Source of the DNA: Camelus ferus | Lineage: Eukaryota | DNA: 64,000 nucleotides | Assembly (NCBI RefSeq): GCF_009834535.1 | Contig: NC_045696.1 | Coordinates: 114,392,001-114,456,000 of the forward strand | Reading direction: 5' to 3' | Part shown: one piece after another, positions 49,383-62,410 of the stretch | Layout: each line of letters begins with the position of its first letter | Position numbering within the stretch: the first letter of the stretch is position 1 | Translations under genes and position numbers: made by a program | The notes under the pieces: generated by a model | The model's database searches: none | Seen by the model: the letters and a program-made list of their open reading frames with translations, nothing else | What the model was told of the DNA's origin: nothing

Positions 49383-51679
49383 CAGGCATGCCTTGTTTTT
49401 TCTCACTTTGCCTTCCTGCAACCCTGTGTCGCCTGTCTATTGCCACCGTTTTCCAACAGCATTTGTGCACTTCATGTCTCTGTGTCACATTTTGGTCATT
49501 TTTGCAATATTTTAAACTTTTTCATTATTATTATATTTGCTATGGTGATCTATAATATTACTATTATAACTGTTTTTTGGAGTGCCACAAACTGTGCCCA
49601 TATAAGACAGTGAACTTAATAAATGTTGTGTGTGTTCTGACTGCTCACCTCCCAGATGTCCCCTATCTCTCTCCCTCTCCTTGGGCCTCCCTATTCCCCA
49701 AGACACAACAATATTGAAAATAGGCCAATTAATAACCCTGCAATGGCCTTTAGGTGTTCAAGTGGAAGAAAGTTTGTTTCTCACTTTAAATCAAAAGCTA
49801 GAAATGATAAAGCACAGTGATGAAGGCATGTCAAAAGCTGAGATAGATTAAAAACTAGGCCTTTTGCACTAAACCATTAACCAAGTTGTGAATGTGGAGG
49901 AAAAGTTGAAGAAGATTTAAAATGCTACTCCAGTGATTGTACAAATATTAAGAAAGCAAAATAGATTTATTGTTAATACGAAGAAAGTTTTAGTGATCCA
50001 GATGGAAGATCAGACCAGCCATAACATTCCCTTCTTAGAACAAGGCCCTAACTCTCTTCAAGTCTATGAAGGTTGAGAGAAGCAAGGAAGCAGCAGAAGA
50101 AAAGTTTGAAGCTAGCAGAACTTGGCTTATGAGATTTAAAGAAAGAAGCTGTGTCTACAACATAAAAGTACAAGGGGAAGCAACAAGTGCTGATGTAGAA
50201 GCTGCAGCCGGTTCTCCAGATCTAGCTCAGATCCTTCATAAAAGTGTCTCCACTGAACAACAGATTTTCAGTGTAGATAAAACATTCTTATACTGAGAGA
50301 AGATGCCATCTAGGACTTTCATAGCTAGAGAGGAGAAGACAATGCCTGGCTTCAACACTTCGAAGGAAAAGCTGACTCTCTTGTTGGGGGCTAATGCAGC
50401 TGGTGACTTGAAGTTGAAGCCAATGCTTATTTACCGTTTTGAAAAATTTAGGACCCTTAAGAATTATTTGAAGTCTACTCTGTACTTTACAAATTGAACA
50501 ACAAAGCATGGATGACAATACAACTGTTTACAACATGGTTTACTAAGCATTTTAAACCCACTGTTGCCACCTACTGCTCAGAAAAAAAGATTTCTTTCAA
50601 AATATTACTGCTCATTGACAATGCATTTGGTCACCTGAGAGCTCTCAGGGAGATGTGAAAGGAGATTGATGTTGTTTCCATGGCTGCTAACACAACATCC
50701 ATTCTGCAGCCTATGGATCAAGGAGTAATTTTGATCTTCAAGTCTTGTTATAAAGAAAGACATTTTGTAAGACTACACTTGCCTTAGGTAGTGATTCCTC
50801 TGATGTATTTGCACAAAGTCAATTGAAATCCTTCTGCAAAGATTCGCCATTGTAGATGTCATTAAGAATATTTCAGATTCATGAGAAGAGGTTAAAATAT
50901 CTACTTTATCTAGAGGTTGGAAGGCATTGATTCCGACCCTCACAGATGACTTTGAGGGGTTCAGGACTTCAGTGGAGGAAGCAACTGCAGATGCACTGGA
51001 AATAGCAAGAAAGATAGAATTAGAAGTAGACCCTGAAAATGTGACTAAATTGCTACAATCTCATGATAAAAATTGAATGGGTAAAAGTTTGCTTCTTGTG
51101 GATGATCAAAGATAATGTTTCTTGAGATGGATTCTACTCTTGGTGAAGATGCTGTAAGGACCGTTGAAATGACAGCAAAGGATGTAGAATATGACATAAA
51201 CTTGGCTGATAAAGCAGTGGCAGAGTTTGAGAAGACTGACTCCAATTTTAAAAGAAGTTCTATTGTGGGCAAAATGTTACCAAATAGCATTTTGTGCTAC
51301 AGAGAAATTGTTTGTGAAAGGAAGGGTCAATTGATGTAGCAAACTTCATTGTTTTATGTTAAGAAACTGCCACAGCTGCCCCAACCTTCAGCGTCCATCA
51401 ACATGGAGGAAAGACCCTCCACTGGCCAAAAGATTATGACTCTCTGAAGGCTCACATGATAGTTAGCATTTATTAGCAATAAAGTATATTTTAATTAAGA
51501 TATGCACATTGGTTTTTTAGACATACTGCTATTGCATATTTAGTCGACTACGGTATAATGTAAGCATAACTTTTATACACACTGGGAAACCAAGCCATTT
51601 ATGTGACTCGCTTTACTGCGATGTTCGCTTTATTGTGGTGGTCTGGGACTGAACCTGCAGTATCTTCAAGGTATGCCTG
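49383..51679 (+). mobile_element. Tigger1 (TcMar/pogo) DNA transposon, essentially full length, with decayed transposase
   Basis: TA-CAGGCATGCCTTG ... CAAGGTATGCCTG-TA inverted termini with TA TSD; peptides [56 protein letters not shown]...[21 protein letters not shown]; many stops and frameshifts. Confidence 0.96.
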
Positions 51680-52444
51680 TACTCCCTTAAAAATTGTTTT
51701 AGTTTCTGTCCTACTGTTTCTAATAAACACTGCAGAGTGAAAACTTTGTCTACAGGCAGGAAGCTGGGCACTTTTAGGACATTCTTTATTTCTCATCTCG
51801 GATTACCAGTAACTTTCGTTGTTTGATGTCCAGTGTCTAAAAACTATTGCTTGATATATTTTTTTTCTATTGTAGTTTTCCAAACTGATTTAGGTAGGAG
51901 GGTAAATACAATACCTGTAACTCCATATTGGGTAGAAGTGAAAGTGTGTTAAGTATGTACATCATCTTCAAAGTAACACATTTTTATTACTTACGTTTCA
52001 GTAAACTATCTTCTATGTGGCAATGAATCTGAGAAACTCTTCTCTGTATAGTCAGCCTTTTAAGCTTGCGGATCAGGTCCATGTGTTTATTTCAAGGGTA
52101 AGCTTACATAATTTGAGGCCATTCAGATTTGCTTTAGGGGCAGCTGAAATTCCAAATCCTGTGATAGTGCGTATTCCTGCCTTGAAACAATAGATTAAAA
52201 ATAAGCAATGATAACACAGAGATTGCAAAAGTGAAGTAGAACTTGAATTACTTTTAATTCTGTCATCTTACATGATAACTTGAAGTTTTTACATGCATTT
52301 AAAACTTAAAAGAGTGAAACAGTGTGAACTGTAAGAGATACTCTTGTTCGGAATGTGTAAATTTTAGTTCATATATGAAATTTTTTACCTATTTTGACTA
52401 GTATACTTTAAATTAAAATTTAATATTTTAAAATTATTCTTTTC

Positions 52445-52964
52445 AAAGAGAAAGAAATAAAAGGAATCCAAATTGGAAAGGAAGAGCTAAAACTGTCACT
52501 GTTTGCAGATGGCATGATGCCACACATAGAAAACTCTAAAGACGCCACCAGGAAACTACTAGAACTCATCAATGATTTCGGGAAAGTTGCAAGATACAAA
52601 ATTAATATAGAGAAATGTGTTGCATTTCTATAACGACGAATTATCAGAAAGAGAAATTAAACAAAAAATCCCACTTATTTTCACATCAAAAATAAAATAC
52701 CTAGGAATAAACCTACCTAAGGAGGCAAAAGACTTGTACTCCAAAAGCTATAAGGCACTGATGAAAGAAATTGAAGTCGACACAAACATGGAAAGATATA
52801 TCATATTCTTGGATTGAAAGAACCAATATTTTTTAAATGACCATATTACCCATGGCAATCTACAGATTCAATGCAATCTCTATTGAAAGATCAATGGTAT
52901 TTTTCACAGAACTAGAGCAAACAACTTTAAAATTTGTATGGAAACACAAAAGATCCCAAATAGC
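52445..52964 (+). mobile_element. Internal LINE-1 ORF2 (reverse transcriptase) fragment without a 3' end
   Basis: [66 protein letters not shown]; no 3' UTR or polyA. Confidence 0.92.
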
Positions 52965-53149
52965 ATATCAATAAGGGGTATTTCTGCCATAACTAAGGTT
53001 AACTGGTGACAAATCTGACTTTCTATCTTCTTCAGATTTCCAAGGAACATACCTAGAAAGTTCACACAAGATCAAATTTATCCACAGACTAGAAGAAAGG
53101 GTTATATGGACCCTTTACCAAGCTGTGTGCATAAATATTTATGATTTTA

Positions 53150-53375
53150 TGAAAATGCATGATAAATACCCAGAGTGAGTTATGAAATTATGAGAACTCC
53201 TAGAGTGGTGATTAATTCCAATTGGAATGGTGGGAGAAGGCTTCCTGCGGGGTGGAAATTTTAGTGAAGCCTTGAGAAATAATCAGGAAGTTCTCCAGGG
53301 ATAAAAAAGAGAGCTCTTAGAGGTGAGTGCAGGCTGAGGAGTGTTCATTCGGCTGAGGAAGGGTCCAGCCTGGTT
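53150..53375 (-). mobile_element. L2 fragment
   Basis: gtgattaattccaattggaatggtgggagaaggcttcctgcggggtggaaattttagtgaagccttgagaaat...aggaagttctccagg. Confidence 0.55.
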
Positions 53376-55319
53376 ACTTCTAATAAATGAGTTTCCTTTG
53401 AAAGCTGTGTTGACTCTTAAAGTTTACTGACTTTCCTACGGGAACGGAATAGCAGGAACAAAGGTTATCAGATGATCTTTCAAGGTGTCAATCAGTGAAT
53501 TCTTACTTTCAGAATATAGTGTAAAATTCCATGCGATGTAGAGAGTCATCCCAAAATAGACTGCTCTTCTTTCTCAGATTTTTTTTTCAAGTTGAACTGA
53601 TGTTAAGGAAGAAATTAAGAGGCATTCTTCCAATCGAATTAGGACCCACTTTTATTTTGAATGATTTCTACATTTCTAGGCAACACAAAATCACCACGGA
53701 CCTCTTCCCTAGTAAATATTAAATGGAATGGCAACATAAATTCTTCTTGTTTTTGTTCCAAGAGAAAGGTAAACGTTTCACAATTTTTTCGTTCTTCCCC
53801 ACTTGATGGAAGTCTTCAACTACCCAAGAGAATATAATGGCTTTTAGGAACCTAAAACCATGAAATTAAATGTAATTACTTTGTTCCTTTTTATTTTTAA
53901 AGCCATTTGTGTTAAAATGTTAGAAATTAAATTAAGTTACTCTAAATGAAAAGGCATGCTTTTGGCATTTTGTAAGATGCACAAAAATTCTTGTAGGAAA
54001 TAAATACTATTTGAATGGACAATACAGAATTAGAAGGCTCTCAGTACTCACTGACTATGTCCGTTTTACTGCTGTTTCCTTTATATTTCAACTCACTCCC
54101 TCAAAGTTTTGGGCAGCTGTAAAATGCACTGCTAGAGACTAAATGGGCCACCTACTGATGTTTAGTGATTGGAGCACAATTATAACTGCAGACTAACACA
54201 CTTTCTCCTTGGAAATAGATCTGCTTATTTCTAAGTGAAGATAAAATTGAACAGAATTCTCTACATTAAAAAAAAATCAAGAAATCCTCATATATTTTTA
54301 GAAACAGCAAATGTATCTACTTGGTATTTTCAAACATCAGCAATATAAGAAGGAGAAACTGGAGGAGGGGAACTGTGAGAGTGGTGTTTTTGTTTTTTTA
54401 AGTTGAATCAAATTCTCATGTCTTGGAGGAGGAATAAACCTGTATCAGTCTGCCCTAATAAAAGCTTTAATTGTCTTACTTAATCAACAATCAGCTTCTC
54501 ATTATTAAAGATAAAGGAGAAAGTTCTCCCCGTGGAAGCTCTTTCTCCATTATTACCATCGTGAATGCTGAAATCATTGCAATATTACAGCAGAGAAATG
54601 GACGTGTGGCTTTTGAATGGATGTTAAGTGAAGGACCTGAGCCTAGTCTAGTTAATTGGTGTGTAAAGCCCACAGAAATACCAGAAACGTTTAAAAGCAA
54701 ATTGCAACTGATTTCATTTATATGAGAGCCTATGTGTGAAGAAACATATCAGTTTCTTCCATCATCCAATGATAAGTCACAATTCTGTTGAGTTCCATCA
54801 TGCCCTTGTTTTCATCAGAAAATGCTTTGTGTGAAGGCGTGATTCTTCACTTCTCTTTATAATTAGCTAGGGGTCTTTAACAGTTTAGAAAACAAAATCT
54901 AAGCTTCCTACTGGGTTCAAGTTTCCTCTTAAGAATAGGTGCTTGTATTACATAATTGGAGCACACTTTTCTCTTTCATTATGTTATTCTTGAAATGTGC
55001 ACAAGAGTTTGGCCCTGCTAGGCTGCTACCTCCAAGATATATTTGCTTGAAGGGTGATACAGATTCTATTGAAGAGTCTATTTTTATATTGATATAAACA
55101 TAAGAAGCAGCTATACGTTGTAGTCTGTAAGTACACATCACCTGGGATGTTTGACCTGGACTTCCTTTTACTTATTATTTGGCTTTGGCCAAGATAATTA
55201 ATGAATTAGCTTAACTATGTCAACCCTAAGCATCTGGGAGACACAGGCTATATCTCTTGGGTGCAAGTATTAGCTAACAAACAAAAAAATCCAAGCAACA
55301 GAACAAAACCCACAAGTAG

Positions 55320-56362
55320 GACTGTAGCTGTGCTTTGAAGGGAACATACATGGAGATGTGAGAGCATATAAAAGGGAACTTGTGGCTTTTGAAGAGTCAG
55401 GACAAATGTTTCAGAGGAAATATTTCAGATGGTAACTGAAGAATGAGGGAGATTGATTAGTTTTTAAGGCGTGGAGGTGGGAACTTTCTACACAGAGTGA
55501 AAAACATGTGCAAAGGCCCTGTGGTACATGGCAATATGGCACAAAAGAAGCAAAAAGTAGGCAGCGTGGTGCAAAGTGCTCCTTATCTGTTAAGGCAAAA
55601 AGAGAGCAAGACAATGTGAGGGGCCCTTGGAGAGCCAGGTGGGATCAGAGCAGTGAAGGCCTTGTGGACAGGGCACCAACTGGCTTGCAACATTCCTTGT
55701 TTATATTTGCTTTGGAATAAATTTTAATATCTCCTCTCCCCAAACACACACATGCATGCAAGCACACATGTGCACCCTTTAAAATGTCCTGGTTTTTTAC
55801 CTATAAATCACATGAAGAATTTTAGTCTTTACAATGGGAACAATGGGGAATGTTTTATTTTTTTGTTTCTTTGTTTTGAAGGAGGGGCTTGTTATGTTTA
55901 TCTTTGAATTTCATGAAGGGAATGCTCTATAATTTGGAAAGGAATTAATCCACTGCTAATTGGCAAAGGGAATGGCACCCTTCCAAAGGAGAGACAGATG
56001 ACAGCTTGAGGGAAGGAAGCTGTTATTAATGGAGATGAGAAGACATGGAGCAACCACAGATACATTCGGGAAGTAAGATGATTAGCTCGTGGTGATGGAC
56101 TGCACACGTGGGAGGAGAGGGAGGCATTGAAGATGGCTGCTGAGTTTCTGGATGAGTGCCATGTGCTAAGATAAAACACCAAGTGACAGAGCCAAGTCTG
56201 CAGGGCAAACTACAAGTTTGTTCTAAGAGAGTCTGAGTTTGAAGTGCCTTTGAAACATTCGGGTAAGAGAGAGAGATTTTGATATATGTGTCTGAAACTT
56301 CCATCAGGCACAGAAATGAGAATTTGCTGCCAATGGCATGGAGCCTAGAAGCTAGATGTGAT
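55320..56362 (-). mobile_element. L2 fragments
   Basis: acatgtgcaaaggccctgtgg...ggcattgaagatggctgctgagtttctggatgagtg...tgagtttgaagtgcctttgaaacattc. Confidence 0.7.
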
Positions 56363-56371
56363 TGAACAGAA

Positions 56372-56600
56372 CAGAGTTTCTCAGCCTCAGCACTAGTGAT
56401 GTGTGGACTGGATCATTCTTTGTTGTAGGGGATTGTTCCATGCATTGTAGGACGAATCCCTGGTCCTACCTAGAAGCCAGCAGCACTCCCTTCTTGGCTG
56501 TGATAGAAAGAAAAAATGTCTCCCAATGTTGCCAAATGTCCTGGGGGATGGAGGGGGTGGGGACAAACCTTCCTCCTGTTGCAGCCTTAGCCGACACCAG
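56372..56600 (+). mobile_element. MER20 hAT-Charlie MITE
   Basis: cagagtttctcagcctcagcactagtgatgtgtggactggatcattctttgttgtagggg...aaaaatgtctccca..ttgccaaatgtcctgggg. Confidence 0.88.
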
Positions 56601-57950
56601 GATTGGACTGTCAAATTGGATTTGTACATATCTGTCTCATACTCACTGTCCAGCTTTGCAAATAATTCAAGAATGCAGGCAATCAAGAAACTAAAACAAG
56701 TAAGAGAAAGCTCTGAGACATCCTGTACAGCTATACAGGCCCTTTCTTCCTTCCTTGGTCATGGGCCCTCTGGGCCACTAATAGGTGATGGTACCAAGTG
56801 AACCTTCGGGGGTTATTAACATCACACAGCAGAAAGCATTTAATAATACTGATTATTTTATAATGTTGATAATTATACAAGTTACCTGACAGTTTCCAGA
56901 CAGCCATGCTTCACAGGTACATTTTTTTTTTTAGATGAGTAATCGTCAGTCATCCTGCTAAGGCCATTGTATATCGAAGGACTCATTCTACAAACAAAAT
57001 ATAATTAATCTCTTCAGAAGTCCAGTTGAAAAGGAATTTAAGCCAGGTCATCCATCTTTTTTTTCTTTTTCTTTTTTTTCTGTCTAGATGAAAGCAAACT
57101 TGTCCTGTAAGCAAATACGAGTTGGAGAGTAGGACTGTTATGACAGAGAACAATCTTCTGTGAGTGATCCACCATGAACCAGAAGTTTGTAATGACTGCA
57201 GTTAGGAGCAAAAGAGCGGGATTAAGCCCCACGATGTCTCCACTGGCACACAACAGGAAGTAACTCCATGTTTGTTGAATGAGTTGAGGTGTGAATGAAC
57301 GAAAGAGCATTGGAGGGATGGAATTTTCAACCAGATGATGAACAGAGGTGTGGAGGTGTGACTGGCAAGGAGGGTGGCAGTCCCTCTTCTGGACACGCAA
57401 GGGCATGCAGTGCACACGGTAAACGTCCACTGCTTTTGAGAGCTGGAGAAGCCACTTGATCAGGAGATAGCCGGGTTTCAATGGAGAATCAGAGAAGAGA
57501 CAGAGCATTTGGGAGGCAGCCCAGGGGGCAGAGTGGAAAGCGTAGGGGGTGGGAGGAAGTCAGGGCCCCCACGTACGTGGATGATGTGCTCAAGGATCAA
57601 CTTCCTGGGGAAGTCAGGGTTGTGCTTTCATCATGAGGTTTATTAATGAGAACAGGGGTGGCTGCCTTGGTAAATCCAATCTTAAGAGGTTTTGGTTATC
57701 TCTTCTTCAGTTCCTAATCCTCAATTTTTATTTACCTAAATTGAGAGGAGGAAAATATGGTCGTGGTTCAATAGAGTAGAATGATTTAGGATTTTAATAA
57801 TGTCTTCTTCCTTAAAGCAAATAATGCTTCTTAAATTAGACCAAATGCATTTTCTCTGATCCATGGCGACGTGAGATTCCATGGTGCTATACTTAGCTTA
57901 ATTAAAAAAATCTTTTCCTGTACCCATTGATGTAGTCACATAAAGGTTCC

Positions 57951-58127
57951 TTTTTTTTAAAAAAAAAAAAAGCAATCTATGTATTTATTTTCTTTTTGTT
58001 TTTGGGGGGTTGGTAGGGAGGTAATTAGGTTTACTTATTTATTTTTTTTTAGAGGAGGTACTGGGGATTGAACAGAGGACCTCATGCATGCTAGGCATGC
58101 ACTCTACCACTGAGCTACACCCTCCCC
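57951..58127 (-). mobile_element. tRNA-derived SINE (Vic-1 type, long form)
   Basis: gggaggtaattaggtttacttattt...ggaggtactggggattgaac...catgcatgctaggcatgcactctaccactgagctacaccctcccc. Confidence 0.92.
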
Positions 58128-59191
58128 ACTTAGGGTCCTTATTTATAGATGAAGAATACCACCCTTGGGTCTGAGTCACTTTATGTTAACGGGGTGATCA
58201 TTGAAACTTACTGAGCCTTAGCTTACTTGCTTTTAGAATAGGGTTTATTACATTTCACTGTTGAAACTGGGGGGAGGGATAAAAGTAAATTTTAAACAGT
58301 AGTACATTACCTGGTGTATAATTAGTATTCCCCCACCTTTAGGAAGATTTTATAATTAGCGAATATGTCTGAAGTCCCTTCAAAGACATTTCCTTCTGTA
58401 TCACTATTTGGGGGCGGGGGGTGATATGGGAATGGAGCTTAAGTATCCTTATGACTTAAAAGTTTATCCTCAAATTTGGCTTATGGAAACATCATAGGAA
58501 AGAGAAAGACATTCATGATGGAAACCATCTATTTGTGTAATATCCCCCCTTCTTAGGGGTTTGATGGGTGATTTTCTCCCGCAAGCTAATGACTCTTTGA
58601 AGCGACACAGACTCTCAGGGAGCCATAAGAAGCCACTGGTCTTTTCCGTAAGCCACAAAGAATATGGCCTATTTAATAGGAAGCAGTAATGACTTCTTTC
58701 ATGTGTTTAATGAAAGAACACATTTCACATCTCCAGCTATCCCTACTTTAATCTCCACGGCATTTTCAGAGTCGACAAGTGAAAATCGACATTTGGAGAC
58801 TTTTAAAGGGAAAAATAGCTGTATGTCAATGTAACATTGCTTCACACACTGGACTAGGTCTATATCTTTTATAGAGATAATAAGCTTTCATCGGCTTCAA
58901 GTTACCAAAGAGAACATCATGTAATTGTCTCCTACTGTTACCTAAGATACATTTGGATTACAGAGCAATTTCCTGCTACTTTTAGCAAAAAATCAGGTTA
59001 TAGTTAATTTCATTAAAGTAAGTGGTAGTTATAGACTGCCCTCTCTCCTTGCAGCGAATGCAGTCACAGGAGGGACTAAATTTGATTCAAGTCCTTAAAG
59101 GATACACAATATTTATGGCACTAATGGCTGAGTTATTCTGAAGCTCTGTATTTTACCCAGTTAAGCTTCATAAAAGCAAAGATGGAGATTT

Positions 59192-59205
59192 TATATATAT
59201 ATAAA

Positions 59206-59244
<39 letters not shown>

Positions 59245-59250
59245 TATACA
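59192..59250. repeat. Compound (TA)n(CA)n microsatellite
   Basis: Visible directly in the sequence. Confidence 0.92.
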
Positions 59251-59389
59251 TAGCCAAGGGCATTCTTTCTTAGACACAGCTTTGGAACACTTAGTAAAGG
59301 CAAAAAATCTCAAGGAGGTTGTGTGGTCACAAAGCTGTAATGGCGACACAATTGAAATCAGTCTTCCAAGCATGGCTTAAATTTTCTAT

Positions 59390-60620
59390 TCTCTTTTGAA
59401 CTAGAGCCAAACAGATTTTAGTCTCCATCACTTTTCCCAAACAGCTCTCATCAAAATCCCTAATGACTCTAATACCGGTAAATCCAAGAGTTAATTCTTG
59501 GTCCTTAGCTTTCTTAATTTTTCAACACCATTAGAGATAGTTGCTTACACCCTTGCACCATGTTCTCCACTTGGCTTCTGGTTACCACCTCCTTCTTAGT
59601 TTTCCTACTCTGTCACTGCTTGCTTCTTCGATCTCTGTTTTGCTAGTCCTCTTTCTCACATCCTCTTCCGTTTCCTCGTCCGCTTCATGTAGCATTATCT
59701 AAGGGCTCGTTGTTCGAGCGACTTTTCTACTTTTCTTTTCAATCAGTGTCAAGTAATTTCACTAATTCTTTAAGCTTTTAATATAATTGATATGATGAAA
59801 AGCACCCATTTTATATATTTCGCCTGAATGTCTCTGAAATCCGGGTTCTAAGCGCAATTACTCCTGAACCTGTCCATCTCCACATCTCATAGTGATCTCA
59901 AATTTTATATATCTGAACCTAAATCTTTTTTATTCCCTACTCAATTCTGTTTCTACTCCAGACTTCTTGACTACATAAATGGCAAGTCCAGCCTGTCAGT
60001 TGCATAAGTCGAAATTTGGAGTCATCCCGACTTTTCTTTCTCTCTCTTGTACCCCACATTTAATCCACTGGCAAATCCAGCTGACCCTACCTTGAAAAGA
60101 TGTTTAGAGGTTAGCACTTCCTCTCCCACCACTGCTATTATTCTGGTTCAAGCCACCATTCTCTCGCTTCTGCATTTTTTCCATATCCTCCTAATGAGGT
60201 TTCCTGTTTCCATCTTTGCTCAGTTTCGTCTGTAACCTACATTTTCACCAGTCATTTGGCCCAAATATGACAGATAATGTCACCCTCTGGGTAAAAACCT
60301 TTCAAGGATCCCATAGTCCACTCAGAATCAAATCCAAAGTCTTTACAGCGGCCATGGGATTCTGTATATTCTGGCCCCTGCAGCCTCTCTGACGCTGTCT
60401 CTCTCTCTCTATGGTCTTTCCACCATCCCTTACTCTACTGCAATCACACCGGCATTCTTTGCTGTTCCTCAGATGGTCACTAAACACATCCTTTCCTCAG
60501 GACCTGTGCACTAGCTATTTCCTCTGCCTGGACAGCTCTTTCCTCCAATACACATGGCTTCCTCCCCAACTTCCCTTGTGTCTTTGCTCACACTTCTTCC
60601 TACCACTGAATCTTCTGAAC
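59390..60620 (+). mobile_element. Long L2 (ORF2 3' region) remnant
   Basis: ctccatcacttttcccaaacagctctcatcaaaatccctaatgac...aaatccaa...ttggcttc...gaaatttggagtcatcccgac...cactcagaatcaaatccaaagtcttta...cctcaggacctgtgcactagctatttcctctgcctgg. Confidence 0.85.
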
Positions 60621-60659
60621 AGTATCATGATATTAGAAATTATAAATTTATTGTAAACT

Positions 60660-60870
60660 TTAAACATTTTGGGTATTTTGCTTAAAAACCGGATTTCTGA
60701 CTTCTGATAAATCTAAACTGATGGCCAAGCTTGTCTCCACGTTTCAAGGGAGGATTAGAATGGTAGCTGTCTCCTTCATATGAAACCTTCCATTTTCAAC
60801 TGGCCGTAGTTTCTCCTCTCCCTACCTTTAGTATCCTCATTTAAGTTACTTGTCTGGTCCATCCATGTGA
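60660..60870. mobile_element. Possible MER102-like hAT-Charlie fragment
   Basis: ccggatttctgacttct...gtagctgtctccttca...ctcatttaagttacttgtctggtcc. Confidence 0.45.
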
Positions 60871-61770
60871 TAAAATAATTTAATTTGGTGCATTGATTAA
60901 TTCTTCAATCAACTAATTGGTCCACTCAATCAAGATCGATGATTAAGTAGACCGCTGTAGAAATATCGTCTGATTCATGTTCTTGACAATTTTTTCGATT
61001 GAACCTTCTATTGATTATTCTGCCCTTGGGCCTTTAAATAAATTGAATCTATTACTTCTAGAGAAAAGATGTTGGCTTAAAGAGTTAGTATATCACCTGC
61101 CTCTTATAAAAGAAGAGAAACGTCCAAAGAAAAGAAAGTATAGTGAATGGTAACTTCTGTGAATTTCTTCAATTACGTATAGGTGTCTCAGTGTGAAGGA
61201 CGACCCAAGAAGCTAACACACAATTCATCTTCTTAAGAGAACAGAAATTCACTCCATTCTTTAAACTATTATGTAAATTTTTGGTAAATTTTTTTATGAT
61301 GAATATTTATTGCATTATAATTTTTAAAATCCCACAAATTGTGAAGGATGGAAAAGAGATTGGACACAGCTGGGTTATCAGCATAGAGGAAAGGTTGTCA
61401 CTGACATCATTCAAATGGACTCACGTATGCAGGAAAGGTATCCTGAAAGATTTAGCAAGCAGTAGTTACCTTACTCTTTGGAATGCTGCCTTACATCCAG
61501 GCTAGGCTTCATATGAGTAAAAGGGCCTCTTTAAATAGTGCAGAAAAGCTATGCATACAGACACCTGACCCTCCTTCCTTAGTGGGAGGACTCGCTGGCG
61601 GTCGGGGCTATAATACCTCCCTCTGAGGGGTGCTGGGCTTCTCACCTTCATCAGTGATGCTCTGGGGACAGGGATGATTTCAAAATTGCAAGAGACAGCA
61701 TGCTGAACCTCCGTGTCAGGGAAGATGGAGTTGGTATTAGGAGGACTCAACGTTTGTAATTATGTTCATC

Positions 61771-61866
61771 TTTTCTTTTCTTTTTTAATGGCGGTACTGG
61801 GGATTGAACCCAGGACCTCCTGTGGGCTAAGCATGTGCTCTACCACTGAGCTATGCCACCCTCACC
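61771..61866 (-). mobile_element. tRNA-derived SINE (Vic-1 type)
   Basis: ttttttaatggcggtactggggattgaacccaggacctcc...ctaagcatgtgctctaccactgagctat. Confidence 0.9.
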
Positions 61867-62226
61867 ACCTTTAGTCATCAATGTGAGCTGGAAGCTGATC
61901 CATTATATCCACTGTTGTGGGTTCATCCCCTTGTGAATATCTGCTGCTACATACATGAGAGTAACTGTATCTTCATGTTGACTGCATTTTATATCATGAA
62001 ATAGCCAACAGCGTCATTTGACAGAGGACTTTTCCAAATCTTCTTCTACTTTTTCTTTGAGCATTATACTGAATCATTTACCTCTTGTCTGGTTTTTTTA
62101 TCTTCTCCAAAGTTGATGGAATCACTTGATTTGTTAGGAGGGGTACAACTTTGATTATGCTGTTGTAGTTTGGCATTTTCTCCATACCAAGTGACCAAGT
62201 TCATTAATTTCATACTAAAAAGGATG

Positions 62227-62284
62227 ATTATGCTGTACACCAGAAACTGACACATTGTAACCTTACAATATCTCAGTAAAAAAA
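62227..62284 (+). mobile_element. Extreme 3' end and A tail of the L1 at 62411-62936, displaced by an inversion
   Basis: attatgctgtacaccagaaactgacacattgtaaccttacaatatctcagtaaaaaaa is exactly the piece missing from the minus-strand L1. Confidence 0.88.
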
Positions 62285-62410
62285 GCAATAAAGCCATATT
62301 GTAACTACTGCTACTTCTACCACTAGTTTGACAGTAATGAAGAGTGAAGTTTTCCTTCAGCAAATTTTCCAAAAGTACCTATGTAAGATGCCATGTTGAG
62401 TAGCTCGTAG

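Larger units (their letters stand above)
46400..51946 (-). mobile_element. Ancient L1M (ORF2 segments to 5' end), fragmented by an ERVL LTR, an MLT1 piece and Tigger1
   Basis: tttaatccacctggaattgatttt...agctttgtaataagtcttga...aattcctggaataagcctaatttggtcatga...aagaaaccagcttttg; L1M 5'-end-like taactccatattgggtagaagtgaaagt at ~51920. Confidence 0.8.

Noticed and set aside
49743..51466. Possible domesticated TIGD1-like transposase gene
   Set aside because: Multiple in-frame stops and frameshifts; an ordinary decayed Tigger1
53036..53174. Exon-like segment (ttcttcAG ... aga|GTGAGT) with one open frame
   Set aside because: The peptide is unrecognisable, the donor overlaps an L2 remnant, and there are no partner exons
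57038..57508. 156-aa minus-strand ORF; acceptor-like site at ~57087 on the plus strand
   Set aside because: No recognisable domain; the poly-K comes from a T-run and the ORF spans probable L2 tail sequence
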